Below are positions 39,536-49,284 of a stretch of 64,000 nucleotides of DNA, one piece after another (the first letter of the stretch is position 1; the number at the start of each line of letters is the position of its first letter). Below the pieces are notes generated by a model. It had not been told where the DNA came from. It searched no databases and saw nothing but the letters and a program-made list of their open reading frames with translations. The stretch lies in IMG/VR virus record IMGVR_UViG_3300021400_005359. The stretch is one strand, 5' to 3'. The DNA comes from an uncultured virus (IMG/VR IMGVR_UViG_3300021400_005359). Its lineage: Duplodnaviria > Heunggongvirae > Uroviricota > Caudoviricetes. The position numbers were made by a program, and so were the translations under genes.

Positions 39536-40049
39536 TATTTAAAATCCTCTCAATTTTTAATGAAGCAGGGGAAATATTATAAATTGGTTTATTTTTTATT
39601 TCAGCATAGTCAAGACAATTTGCTGTACCTCCTTTAGTTCCGTTCCAAACAGAAAGAACGATATCAGCCTTATCTACCATATATTTATTTCTAACTTGCA
39701 TTAAATATGGTTTGTAACTTTCTTTAGATACAATATCTACAAAATCAGCTTCTTTCAAAATAGAATTGTATCTATCAATATCTGACTTGTTATACCAATT
39801 AGATGAATGATTTAAACAAGGAATAGCACATCTAAGCTTAATATCAAAGCCTTCTTTCTTTAATTCCAAAACAGCCAGAGCAAAAACAGTATCAACTCCA
39901 AGAGCCATTCCAGAAATAGCTTCACTACAATTATTTTCTATTAAAAACTGTTTAAAAACTTTTTTAAGTTCACCATACCTTTTATCAGATAAATTATATC
40001 CATAAAGTTTGTCTGGTCTATGACCTGTAACGCAAATAATATTTCCCAT
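39528..40049 (-). CDS. SLOG-family (YspA/DUF1273) protein
   Basis: VTGHRP, ISGMALGVD, RNKYMVD, WNG.KGGT. Confidence 0.88.
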   Translation of the reverse strand: MGNIICVTGHRPDKLYGYNLSDKRYGELKKVFKQFLIENNCSEAISGMALGVDTVFALAVLELKKEGFDIKLRCAIPCLNHSSNWYNKSDIDRYNSILKEADFVDIVSKESYKPYLMQVRNKYMVDKADIVLSVWNGTKGGTANCLDYAEIKNKPIYNISPASLKIERILNNE

Positions 40050-40150
40050 AAAAATTCCTTTATTTTTTATTCTATATACTATATATTATATCATTTTTTA
40101 TAAAAAAAGAGAACCCGTTAAAAGAGTTCTCTCTAAAAATTATTTTAAAT

Positions 40151-40636
40151 TTAACGCTTACCAAACAAACCATAAGAATAAGCAAATACCATAGAAAGTG
40201 AACCAAGAAGACCAGCTGAAACAAGGAATGCACCAATCCACTTGAATACGTTTGCTCTTTCCTGAGGATTTGAAGCAGTAGCAGCAAGTTTAGTAAAGAG
40301 AAGCATAGCAACTAACAAAAGTGTCAAAGTTGCAATACCTAAGATAGCAAGAATAAGAATTTTGTATCTCTGAATTACTTCATTCCAAACCGCACCTTTA
40401 GTAGTTCCTGAACCAAGCTTATTATTTTTATCTTTAATTTTCATCTGGAACTGAGTAACAGTGCCGTCTGTAGTTGTATTTGACCCAGCAGTTGTCTGAA
40501 TTTCAAATTGCCAACCATCAAATGGGTCAGCTTTTACTTCATTTAGGAAAGCAGAAGCAGGAAAAAGAAAAATAAAAACAAAAATCAATACAATATATTT
40601 AAGATAAAATTCTTTTAAATGATTTAAAATTTTCAT
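40151..40636 (-). CDS. VirB2/TrbC-like pilin precursor (paralogue of 4225..4671)
   Basis: Signal peptide, W..V...YK, TM, KLAATASNPQERA, TM. Confidence 0.55.
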   Translation of the reverse strand: MKILNHLKEFYLKYIVLIFVFIFLFPASAFLNEVKADPFDGWQFEIQTTAGSNTTTDGTVTQFQMKIKDKNNKLGSGTTKGAVWNEVIQRYKILILAILGIATLTLLLVAMLLFTKLAATASNPQERANVFKWIGAFLVSAGLLGSLSMVFAYSYGLFGKR

Positions 40637-40756
40637 AAATAAACTCCTTTGTAATTTTTTATAAAGAATAACTTTTTATATTATATTATTAAATTCTTTT
40701 TATTATATAAAAAATAGGAGCTTTTTTAAAAAAAGCTCCTATCTAATGCATTTTTA

Positions 40757-42136
40757 TTAAAGTTTTTTAGAACCAAAGGTAGAAAGTTTACCTCTCTTAG
40801 AATTCCCTTTATCAATATCAAAAGTTATATGACCGATAAAATCTTCATCTTTTCCTTGTTCAATTAAATGAGACAAACCATTGTTATATTCATTAAGTTT
40901 AGAATCATCAATCTGTTCAATATCTCCTGAAACAATAAGTTTTGATTCATCTGTAAGTCTAGAAACTAAAGTTTTTATTGTATGTTTCTTTGTATTTTGT
41001 GCTTCATCTAAAAGTACTATCTTTTGGAAAATGTTCATACCTCTAATTCCAGCAAGAGGTAATGTTCCAAGTTCTTCTCTTTGCATAAGTTCTTCAACTT
41101 TTTCTGATACAGTTTTCTTTTTATTTGGTCCTACAAGTTCTTCTTTAAACAAATACTCAATAGTTGTAAAAAGTGCTTTTATATGAACTGTAAATTTTTC
41201 TTCTTCCGTTCCTTTATTATATCCCATATACTCATCATTATCCATAGGAGTAATACTCTTTGTATATAAGAATTCATTAAAAAGACCTTTTTTTACTTGA
41301 CTTAAAGCATAATCACAAGAAAGAAGAGTTTTTCCTTTTCCTGAAATTCCAGCTACAGTAACACATAAAATATCAGGGTCTTGAAGAAGATATAAGAACA
41401 TTTTCTGTTCCAAATTTACAGGTTTAGTTTTCATATTCGAAAGATTAAGTTCTTTATCAAAATTTACAGGTTTAACAAAACCATTCTTTTTAATACCAAT
41501 TCCTTTATGGTCAGGATTTATATCATCAACAATAATAATAAACTCATTTGGATATAATCCCCACTTATCTTCAAGTTTAGTTTCCTTATCATATAAATCT
41601 TCTATAACAGATGCATTTTCAGTAACAAATCTATAACCCTTATATAAAGTTTTACCTTTTATCTGTCCAGCTTTATATTCTTCAGCTTTAACGAAATCTT
41701 TAGCTATTCCAAGAAGAGGGAAATCACAAGTTACTAAAATAGCATCATTATTTTTCGCACAGCCAATAATTTTATAATCATTCTTCTTTTTTCTAAAAGA
41801 AGAATCCACTTCCTCATTATCAATATGATAATCAATTCTAATAAGAGTCTGAATATCTTTAGCTTCATTATAATAAGAAGATGTTTCAGAAATTTCGTTT
41901 AGTCTAACACCCTCTCTTAAAGGTCTAACATCAGATAAATCATTTAAAACCTTTAAAACTTTTCTAGAAAGAAAATTAACCGAAGGGTCATAAGATTCCT
42001 TATCATCTTTCTTATCGTTAAGTTCTTCCCAAACAATCGATGGTATAATAAGCTCGTTGTCTCCAAATTTAAAAATCGCTTCCTCATCACTCATAAACAC
42101 ACTTGAGTCAACTACAAACTTTTTAGAATTTGACAA
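40757..42136 (-). CDS. phoH: PIN-PhoH protein (PhoH2/YlaK-like)
   Basis: PIN: VVDSSV, EEL, D.KII, LVTCD; PhoH: GISGKGKT, IRG, LDEAQN, GDIEQID. Confidence 0.88.
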   Translation of the reverse strand: MSNSKKFVVDSSVFMSDEEAIFKFGDNELIIPSIVWEELNDKKDDKESYDPSVNFLSRKVLKVLNDLSDVRPLREGVRLNEISETSSYYNEAKDIQTLIRIDYHIDNEEVDSSFRKKKNDYKIIGCAKNNDAILVTCDFPLLGIAKDFVKAEEYKAGQIKGKTLYKGYRFVTENASVIEDLYDKETKLEDKWGLYPNEFIIIVDDINPDHKGIGIKKNGFVKPVNFDKELNLSNMKTKPVNLEQKMFLYLLQDPDILCVTVAGISGKGKTLLSCDYALSQVKKGLFNEFLYTKSITPMDNDEYMGYNKGTEEEKFTVHIKALFTTIEYLFKEELVGPNKKKTVSEKVEELMQREELGTLPLAGIRGMNIFQKIVLLDEAQNTKKHTIKTLVSRLTDESKLIVSGDIEQIDDSKLNEYNNGLSHLIEQGKDEDFIGHITFDIDKGNSKRGKLSTFGSKKL

Positions 42137-42414
42137 TATAAAATTACCAACCTTTCTATTTAATTTTGAAAGAATTTTTCATTCTTTATATATTATATTA
42201 ATCGTTTAAAAATTTGAAAACAATAATAAGAATGTAGAATTTTGTCAGTTTAATGTTCTAAAGTTTTTTTTGAATATAAAAATTACAATTGAATAAAATA
42301 TATGCATATGGGATAAAACCATTTTCTTCACAAATTAAACACAAATTTTATTGCCATAAAATATTAAACGATTTATTATTTATTTGTAATCGTTATTATT
42401 CTTGGAGGTGAAAA

Positions 42415-43347
42415 TTGAATAAAGCAGAAATCCTTAACAAGATTTCAGAAAAAATGTATTCACAATACAAAACTGAAATCGAAGATACTTATGTATCAAA
42501 GGAGGACTTTTTGAAGAGTTTGGAGGAACTCTACGACATCGTAGTGGATAGATATGATGAAGAAGTAGACGAAATGCCTCTTGATGTTTTTGTGGAGAAA
42601 TCTCTTGAAGAAGACCTTTTATCAGATATAGGTAAGCTTGACCTTGATGAAACAATCGACACATCAGACCTCGATGAGTCTGAACAGCATACCTATATTA
42701 GTTATACTGAAAAGTATAACAACATTGAAAGAATTATTAGTAAAGAAAAAGGCTCACTAACAGATGAGCAAAAAGACATCTTAGCTGCGAAAAATATTCC
42801 ATTAATTCATTCAATCGTTAAGAAATTTTCAAACACAGGTATTGAGTATTCTGAACTTTTAAGTACAGGTTATGTAGGATATGCAAAAGCCTTAGATACT
42901 TATCAAAAAGGAAAGAATGTAAAATTTTCCACATATGCTTACAGATGTATAAAGAATGAAATCTTGTATTTCTTAAGAAGAGAAAAAAGACACAAAGATA
43001 ATGACGTTTCTCTCTTTAAACCTTTGTCAACTGACAAAAACGGAAACGTTATGACAGTAGAATCTACTGTATCTGAAACAAGTATGGGAAAAAGAAGTCT
43101 TGAAGAAGACATTGAAATGAATGAAACAGTAAAAATCCTTCTTGAGATTATTGATACTCATTTGACAAAAAATGAAGCATACATAATCAAGAACAGATAT
43201 GGATTAAATGGAACAAAGCCTAAAACACAAAAGGAAATTGCTGACGAAATTGATATGAGTCAAGCTAATGTTTCAAAGCTTGAAAAAGGAATTAATGATA
43301 AAATTAAGAAAATAATGGGCAGCAAATATAAAATTAAGAATATTTAA
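42415..43347 (+). CDS. Sigma-70 family factor, sporulation (SigE/SigK)-like, with an acidic N-terminal extension
   Basis: NIPLIHSIVKKF, KFSTYAYRCIKNEILYFLR, RYGL...TQKEIA....SQANVSKLEK. Confidence 0.88.
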   Translation: MNKAEILNKISEKMYSQYKTEIEDTYVSKEDFLKSLEELYDIVVDRYDEEVDEMPLDVFVEKSLEEDLLSDIGKLDLDETIDTSDLDESEQHTYISYTEKYNNIERIISKEKGSLTDEQKDILAAKNIPLIHSIVKKFSNTGIEYSELLSTGYVGYAKALDTYQKGKNVKFSTYAYRCIKNEILYFLRREKRHKDNDVSLFKPLSTDKNGNVMTVESTVSETSMGKRSLEEDIEMNETVKILLEIIDTHLTKNEAYIIKNRYGLNGTKPKTQKEIADEIDMSQANVSKLEKGINDKIKKIMGSKYKIKNI

Positions 43348-43475
43348 AAAAGAGGAGCTTTTGCTCCTCTTTTTTAATCTGTTTTTTTGTGAAAATTTTT
43401 AACACAACAACATATTGAAAAAATTGTCAAAAAGGAATACAATATAAGTGAAATAAAAATTGGAGGTAATAAAAT

Positions 43476-44684
43476 TTGAGTTTAACTTGTGAATTTTGTG
43501 GTCGTCCAGAAAGTAAAAAGCTTAAAATCATTGCAGGTAATAAAATTAATATCTGTAAAGATTGCTTTGATAAAATGAAGGACATTTTAGAAGATGGATT
43601 TGAGGAACTTCAGAATGTAGAGAGTTCTAAAGATTTATTAAAACCTCATCAGATAAAAGAAAAATTAGATGAATATATTATTGGACAGGAAAAAGCTAAA
43701 AAGATTCTTTCAGTAGCTGTATATAACCACTATAAAAGAATTTCTTTAAAATCAGCTTCAAATGTTAAAAAGACCAATGTTATGTTAATTGGTCCAACTG
43801 GAAGTGGAAAAACATATTTAATGCAAACTCTTGCAAATATTCTAAATGTTCCACTCGTAATCGTTGATGCTACTTCTTTTACAGAAGCAGGATATGTTGG
43901 AGATAATGTTGAAGATATCCTAAAAAGACTTTATTTAAAAGCTGGAAAAAATTTAAAACTTGCTGAAAAAGGTATTGTATATATAGATGAAGTAGATAAA
44001 CTTTTATCTAAATCAGATGACACTTCAAAAAGAGATGTAAATGGAATGGGAGTGCAACAAGCTCTACTCAAAATATTGGAAGATTGTGAAGTTACTTTTG
44101 AGTTAAAAGAAAGTGAACTTGTAAAAAAAGATATTGAAATGAAAACTAAAAATATCCTTTTTGTTGCTGGCGGTTCTTTTATTGGTTTAGATAAAATTGT
44201 AGAAAAAAGAATTAAAAATGCAACAGCTTCATCTATAGGATTTAGTACAAATAAAGAACAAAAGACAGTAAATACATCTAAAAATGTTCAATCTGAAGAT
44301 ATTATTAAATATGGAATGATTCCTGAATTTGTTGGAAGAATTCCAGTATTTGTACAGCTTAATAAGCTTACAGACGAAGAGCTTGAAACAATCCTTACTA
44401 AGCCAAAGGATGCTATTACTAAACAATACAAGTCACTTCTTAAGATAGATGGAGTAAAACTTACTTTCGATAAAGACAGTTTAAAATACATTGTTGAAGA
44501 AGCTCAGAAAAAGAAAATAGGAGCTAGAGGTCTTCGTGGAATAATTGATATGCAAATGAATGCATTAATGTATGAGCTTCCAAAACACGAAAATATAAAA
44601 GATTTAAAGATTACTAAAGAACTTTTGACTTACAGCGATGAAGAAATCGAAGAATATCTAAATAAAAAAGAAGCATCAGAATAA
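43476..44684 (+). CDS. clpX: ClpX ATP-binding subunit
   Basis: C4 zinc finger, AVYNHYKR, GPTGSGKT, TEAGYVG, IDEVDK, GVQQALLK, IGF loop, GARGLR. Confidence 0.95.
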   Translation: MSLTCEFCGRPESKKLKIIAGNKINICKDCFDKMKDILEDGFEELQNVESSKDLLKPHQIKEKLDEYIIGQEKAKKILSVAVYNHYKRISLKSASNVKKTNVMLIGPTGSGKTYLMQTLANILNVPLVIVDATSFTEAGYVGDNVEDILKRLYLKAGKNLKLAEKGIVYIDEVDKLLSKSDDTSKRDVNGMGVQQALLKILEDCEVTFELKESELVKKDIEMKTKNILFVAGGSFIGLDKIVEKRIKNATASSIGFSTNKEQKTVNTSKNVQSEDIIKYGMIPEFVGRIPVFVQLNKLTDEELETILTKPKDAITKQYKSLLKIDGVKLTFDKDSLKYIVEEAQKKKIGARGLRGIIDMQMNALMYELPKHENIKDLKITKELLTYSDEEIEEYLNKKEASE

Positions 44685-44797
44685 GGGCTTTTAAAGCCCT
44701 TATTCTTTTTTTGCATAAAAACAATCAACAATAATATTGAAAAAAACAAAGATGTATAATATATTATAAATATAAAGAACGAAAGAGGTATTTGTAA

Positions 44798-45169
44798 ATG
44801 GAATTGAAATATTTTATTAATTTTAATGACCTCCGAGATTTAGATTCAAGTGAGAGGATTGCGGGTCTTAGATTTGACAAAAGAGTACAAGAAAAAAATG
44901 CAGATGGTAGCTTTTCAACAGTATTTAAGACAAAATATATTTCTGAAGTTGAAGCAGACCAATATGCAAAATCTGAAGACTTAAAAATTCAGTTTTTAGA
45001 TATTGAAAAAAATGATGAAAATAAAAAGAATAAAATTGAAGAAATTGCAAAGCAGTTAAATGGTTTAAGAATGGAAAGAAAATCAAGACCTATTCCAAAT
45101 CTTTCAAAAGAGCTGTATAAACTAAAAACTGAAATAGAAAAACAAAATTCTTTTGATGTAGAAATATAA
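44798..45169 (+). CDS. Hypothetical protein
   Basis: TTGAAA/TATAAT promoter, GAGG RBS, terminator. Confidence 0.65.
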   Translation: MELKYFINFNDLRDLDSSERIAGLRFDKRVQEKNADGSFSTVFKTKYISEVEADQYAKSEDLKIQFLDIEKNDENKKNKIEEIAKQLNGLRMERKSRPIPNLSKELYKLKTEIEKQNSFDVEI

Positions 45170-45204
45170 AAAGAGTCTCTAAAACAGGGACTCTTTTTGT
45201 TTTT

Positions 45205-45462
45205 TTAAAAAGAAATAGAGAAGCTAGCTTCAACAGCTTCCAAATCACTTTCATTGTAATGCTTTCCAAGTTTGGTTTCATCCTGATAAAAATAAGAATC
45301 CTTAAAGCCAGCTTCAGCTTTACCTTTTGAAGCATAAGTCAAAATTCTCTTCTTATCATTCTTATCATCAATTGAGATAAGATATCTGTTCCTTGGAACT
45401 CCTTTTGCAATAACCTTTCTATCCTTAGAAACAATAACCCAAACACTCTCTTTTACTTCCAT
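45205..45462 (-). CDS. Small hypothetical protein (paralogue of the upstream gene)
   Basis: GGAGG RBS; similar to 45466..45720. Confidence 0.7.
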   Translation of the reverse strand: MEVKESVWVIVSKDRKVIAKGVPRNRYLISIDDKNDKKRILTYASKGKAEAGFKDSYFYQDETKLGKHYNESDLEAVEASFSISF

Positions 45463-45465
45463 AAT

Positions 45466-45720
45466 TTAAACCTCCAAAAAATATTTAGCTTCAACAATCA
45501 TTAAATTATTTCTGTCATAAGAAGTATTATTTGTAAAATGACCATTTTTGAGGAAATTTTCTGCACTATTTTTTGTTCCCCAAACAGATGGCTTATGTTT
45601 ATCTTTCTCATCAGCAACAGAAATAAGAATTGGGTAACAACTCTTTCTATCACCTTTCAAAATATATTTCTTATCAAAAGTCATTATTACAAAGGTCTTT
45701 TTATCATATAATTTCATCAA
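45466..45720 (-). CDS. Small hypothetical protein
   Basis: AGGAGG RBS; similar to 45205..45462. Confidence 0.7.
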   Translation of the reverse strand: MMKLYDKKTFVIMTFDKKYILKGDRKSCYPILISVADEKDKHKPSVWGTKNSAENFLKNGHFTNNTSYDRNNLMIVEAKYFLEV

Positions 45721-45890
45721 TTTCCTCCTAAAAACAAGCTTTGTTTATTATATACAAATTATCCAGTTTAATTTATAATTTTATTTTTTTATTTCGCCTG
45801 CCATCATAATATTTTTTTATTTAATATTTTGTTGTAGAACATATTATTGAGCAAAAAAATAGAAGAGAACAAGTCTCTTCTATAAAAAAT

Positions 45891-46181
45891 TTAGTCTTCA
45901 ATAAGAACCTTATATTTTTTCTTAAGGTCTTTACTTAGAACTGAATAGCACATTCTAATAAGTTCCTTATAAAAATCATCAATTTCTTCTAAAGCTTTCT
46001 CAAAAATCATATATTTTTCGAGAAGTTTAACAAGGTCTTCTTTCAGAATTGCTTCAACAGTTTCCTGTTCATCAACCATTTGTTGAACATCATCGTAATT
46101 AATCTCTTCAAAAGAACTTCTATGTTCACAATCAATAACCTTATCAAGATTATCTGCATTTATAAGTCTACTCATAATCAT
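45891..46181 (-). CDS. Small phage-type hypothetical protein (RLIDAD-like N-terminus)
   Basis: SRLINADNL...I/V.EQ.TVEA pattern common in Firmicutes phage genes. Confidence 0.6.
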   Translation of the reverse strand: MIMSRLINADNLDKVIDCEHRSSFEEINYDDVQQMVDEQETVEAILKEDLVKLLEKYMIFEKALEEIDDFYKELIRMCYSVLSKDLKKKYKVLIED

Positions 46182-46342
46182 TTTCCTCCTACAAAAAATG
46201 AAAAAAATTATTTACTTATATATATTATAATTTTTCTATAAAATTTATTTACAAAAATTATGAAATTAATTCTATATTAGTGGATTTTTTTGTAAAAAAA
46301 TGATACTATAATAGTGATTATAGTTTTAAAAAAGGAGTCTTT

Positions 46343-48823
46343 ATGAAATTTTTATATTTTGGAGATAGACATTACTCAGCAAATAAAATTCCTCCTAATA
46401 GATTAGATGATTTTCTAGAAACTACAAAGAAAAAAGATTTAGAAATTATGGAAATTGCAAAAAACAATGATGTTAAAGCATTTTTGCAACCAGGAGATTT
46501 CGTAAACGAAAAAGATGTAAGAGGTGAAAACGAATTTATTTCTGAGATAGTAAACAGATGGAACTTGTTATCACCAAATAGAATTCCAATTATTGGAGTT
46601 GCTGGAAATCACGATTTAATAGGAAACAGTATAGACACTTTAAATGATACAACTTTAGGACTTTTAAATAATCTCGGACTTATTAATTTAGTAGACAAAG
46701 ACCATCCTATATTTTTTATTACAGAAGATGGGTTAAAAGTTGCAATAACAGGAACAAGTTATCATTTAGAGCAAGATGAAAAAGATTATGTAGATGATTA
46801 TATCGTTAAAGAAAAATTAGGAGATATCCATATTCATATAACTCACGGTATGCTGTCAGACAAAGATATGGGTAAACTCATAAAGCATACTTTAATAGAC
46901 GATATATTAGACACAAAAGCAGACATAACTCTTTGCGGTCACAATCATATAGGCTTTGGAATTAAGCATATTAATGGAAAGTATTTTATAAACATCGGAA
47001 GTGTAACAAGGTACACTGGAGATTTAAAAGAAATTACAAGAAAGCCTTCTATTGCTTTAATTGATATTTCAAAAAGCGGAATTAAAATAGAAGAAATTCC
47101 TTTAAAGTCAGCCCCTGAAGGAATAGATGTTATAGACAGAAGTGTAATAGACGAAGAAAGAAAAAAGAAGGCAGCTATTGCTAAGTTTAGAAAAGAAGCT
47201 GAGTCTATGAAGACGAAAACAAAGCCTGATATGTCAGATTTTGTAGAAAGCATTGCTAAGAACGAAGCTATTCCTGATGAAATCAAAAACGACATATTAG
47301 ACAGACTTGTTTTAAAAGAAAAAGAAAACGCAAGGATTAAGACAGTTGCTACAAAACAAACCATAAAAAAGATTGTTTTAGAAAACTTTCAGTCTCATAA
47401 ATACAATGAATTTGAATTAAATGATGGTTTAAATGTTTTTGTAGGAGAAACAAGACAAGGTAAAAGTGCTATTTTAAGAGCTTTTTACTGGGTATATGAA
47501 AATAAGCCTTCAGGAAAAAGTTTTATTAAAAGAGGAGAGCTTTACGCTAAAGTTTCTATTTATCTATCAGACGGAACAATCATTTCTAGATTTGTAGAAG
47601 AAAAAAGAAATGGAAAAAACGGATACGAAATTACTTATCCAGATGGAACAACTGAAACTGGAAATACAAAGCTTATAGATAAAGTTCAAAAACTTCTTGG
47701 TTTTAACAATTTTAGAATTGACCAAAAATTATCACTTCCTGTAAACTTCTATAAACAAGGAGAAAGTTGGTATTTAATAGGGAATAACCAAACAAATACA
47801 GACAAAGCAAGAATCATAGGAGCTCTTGCAGGAACAAATAATGCTGATGCTATAATAAGAGATTTAGATACAGAAAATACAAGGAAGCTTGTTTCTTATA
47901 AAGCAGCTAAGCAAAATAAAGAAGATATTGAAAAAGAATTAGAAAATTTAGAGTATTTAAAAGATTTAAAAATAAATCTAGATAAAATAGATATTCTCTT
48001 AAAGAATTACGAATTATTAAAAACAAAGAAAGAATCTTTAGAACAAAACAAAGAGAAATATCAAAAATTACAAGAATCTTTAAAAGAAAAAGAAGAAATT
48101 TTAAAAGAACTTGTAAATCTAGATAAGGCAAATAAAAAGGTCTTTGAAGTAAAAGAAAAAGATAGAGAAGAAGAAAGACTTGTTGAAAAGAAAAATCTTT
48201 ATAAGAAAGTAAAAGATTCTATAAATACACAAAACGAAATAATTAGTGCTTTATCAAATATAGAAGATTTAAAGAACAAAACAAACAAGTTAAAAACTTT
48301 AGATACTATTCAAAATTCTTTAAATTTAAATTCTAAGAAAATAAAAGATACAAAAACTTTGCTCAAAGAAAAAGAAGAGATAATAGAAAAAACTAAAGAT
48401 GTTGAATTTTTAGCAGATGCTTGTAAGATGTTAAAAGACGCAGAAATTGAATTAAAAGACCTTAATTTAACTAAAAAGAACATAAGTTCTAACTTAGAAA
48501 AGAAAGCAATCTTAACAAAAAATATCTTGGAAAATGATAAGAAAATAAAGGAAATGGACAAGGTATTGTCTTACAAAGCAAACATAACATATTTAAAAGA
48601 AAAAGAAAAAATGTTAGAATTAATAGAAGATAAGAAAAAAGAGTATGTTCAAGCAAAAGAAAAGAACGAAAAAGAAAATGCAAAGTTAAAGATGCTTGAA
48701 AAATCTTTAGAAGAAAAAAGAGAAAATTATTCTAACATTTTGGAAGAAGTACAGATATGTCCTATTTGTAAAGAACCTTTAAGTAAAGATAAAATTCATA
48801 AAATTGTTTATAAGGAGAAGTAA
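46343..48823 (+). CDS. Fusion of SbcD/Mre11 nuclease to the N-terminal half of SbcC/Rad50, ending at the zinc hook
   Basis: GDRH, GD, GNHD, HG, GHNH phosphoesterase motifs; LENFQSH, Walker A GETRQGKS, coiled coil, terminal CPIC. Confidence 0.88.
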   Translation: MKFLYFGDRHYSANKIPPNRLDDFLETTKKKDLEIMEIAKNNDVKAFLQPGDFVNEKDVRGENEFISEIVNRWNLLSPNRIPIIGVAGNHDLIGNSIDTLNDTTLGLLNNLGLINLVDKDHPIFFITEDGLKVAITGTSYHLEQDEKDYVDDYIVKEKLGDIHIHITHGMLSDKDMGKLIKHTLIDDILDTKADITLCGHNHIGFGIKHINGKYFINIGSVTRYTGDLKEITRKPSIALIDISKSGIKIEEIPLKSAPEGIDVIDRSVIDEERKKKAAIAKFRKEAESMKTKTKPDMSDFVESIAKNEAIPDEIKNDILDRLVLKEKENARIKTVATKQTIKKIVLENFQSHKYNEFELNDGLNVFVGETRQGKSAILRAFYWVYENKPSGKSFIKRGELYAKVSIYLSDGTIISRFVEEKRNGKNGYEITYPDGTTETGNTKLIDKVQKLLGFNNFRIDQKLSLPVNFYKQGESWYLIGNNQTNTDKARIIGALAGTNNADAIIRDLDTENTRKLVSYKAAKQNKEDIEKELENLEYLKDLKINLDKIDILLKNYELLKTKKESLEQNKEKYQKLQESLKEKEEILKELVNLDKANKKVFEVKEKDREEERLVEKKNLYKKVKDSINTQNEIISALSNIEDLKNKTNKLKTLDTIQNSLNLNSKKIKDTKTLLKEKEEIIEKTKDVEFLADACKMLKDAEIELKDLNLTKKNISSNLEKKAILTKNILENDKKIKEMDKVLSYKANITYLKEKEKMLELIEDKKKEYVQAKEKNEKENAKLKMLEKSLEEKRENYSNILEEVQICPICKEPLSKDKIHKIVYKEK

Positions 48824-48827
48824 TTAT

Positions 48828-49165
48828 GTCAATAACCCCAACCTAAGCTAACGCTTAGAGGTTGGAGCTTGTAAAAGCTCATATTGACTAGCTTAAGGTC
48901 TTTGGGACCTACGTTATTTACGTTTTGAATAGCAGTAATTAATTTTATTTATTACTTACTATTCAAATTGAAAAGTAAATTATATATATACAGTATAATT
49001 GCTTTTCATTATCTCACCCACTGGCGTTTGACCTAACTGGTGGCTCTGAGCAGGCTCTGTAAACAGTTCTGTGAGGTAGGAACAGTCAACCTGATGTGTT
49101 GGTTTACTAACAAGCGTTTATAACTTTGGCGAAGGTCAACTTACTGGAGATTTTTTCTCTAGCGT
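48828..49165 (+). ncRNA. HEARO / omega-RNA scaffold
   Basis: Nested hairpins GTCAATA/TATTGAC, CCAACCT/AGGTTGG, GAGCTT-GTAA-AAGCTC; long-range TTGACCT (49028-34) with AGGTCAA (49133-39). Confidence 0.8.
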
Positions 49166-49284
49166 TATGTATTAATTTACATTATTACCAAAAAATCATA
49201 TTTAATAGAAAGGAGTAATGGCAATTCCTCTCCGACTTAAATACTTTGTAATTTGAAGTCTGAGTACCCTTGCCAGTTTTTAAA
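48828..49284 (+). mobile_element. Non-autonomous IS200/IS605 (IscB-type) element carrying a HEARO/omega-RNA but no iscB
   Basis: Left end GTCAATAACCCC...TATTGACTAGC; CTACGTT; CTCTGTAAACAGTTCTGTGAGGTAGGAACAGT; GGCGAAGG; right-end hairpin GCAATTCCTCTCCGACTT...AAGTCTGAGTACCCTTGC. Confidence 0.85.

Noticed and set aside
42137..42414. AT-rich intergenic region as a possible replication origin
   Set aside because: No iterons or DnaA-box cluster visible; adequately explained by divergent promoters
49270..49284. TTG start given in the ORF track
   Set aside because: Lies within the IS right-end hairpin; ATG at 49285 fits the displaced RBS
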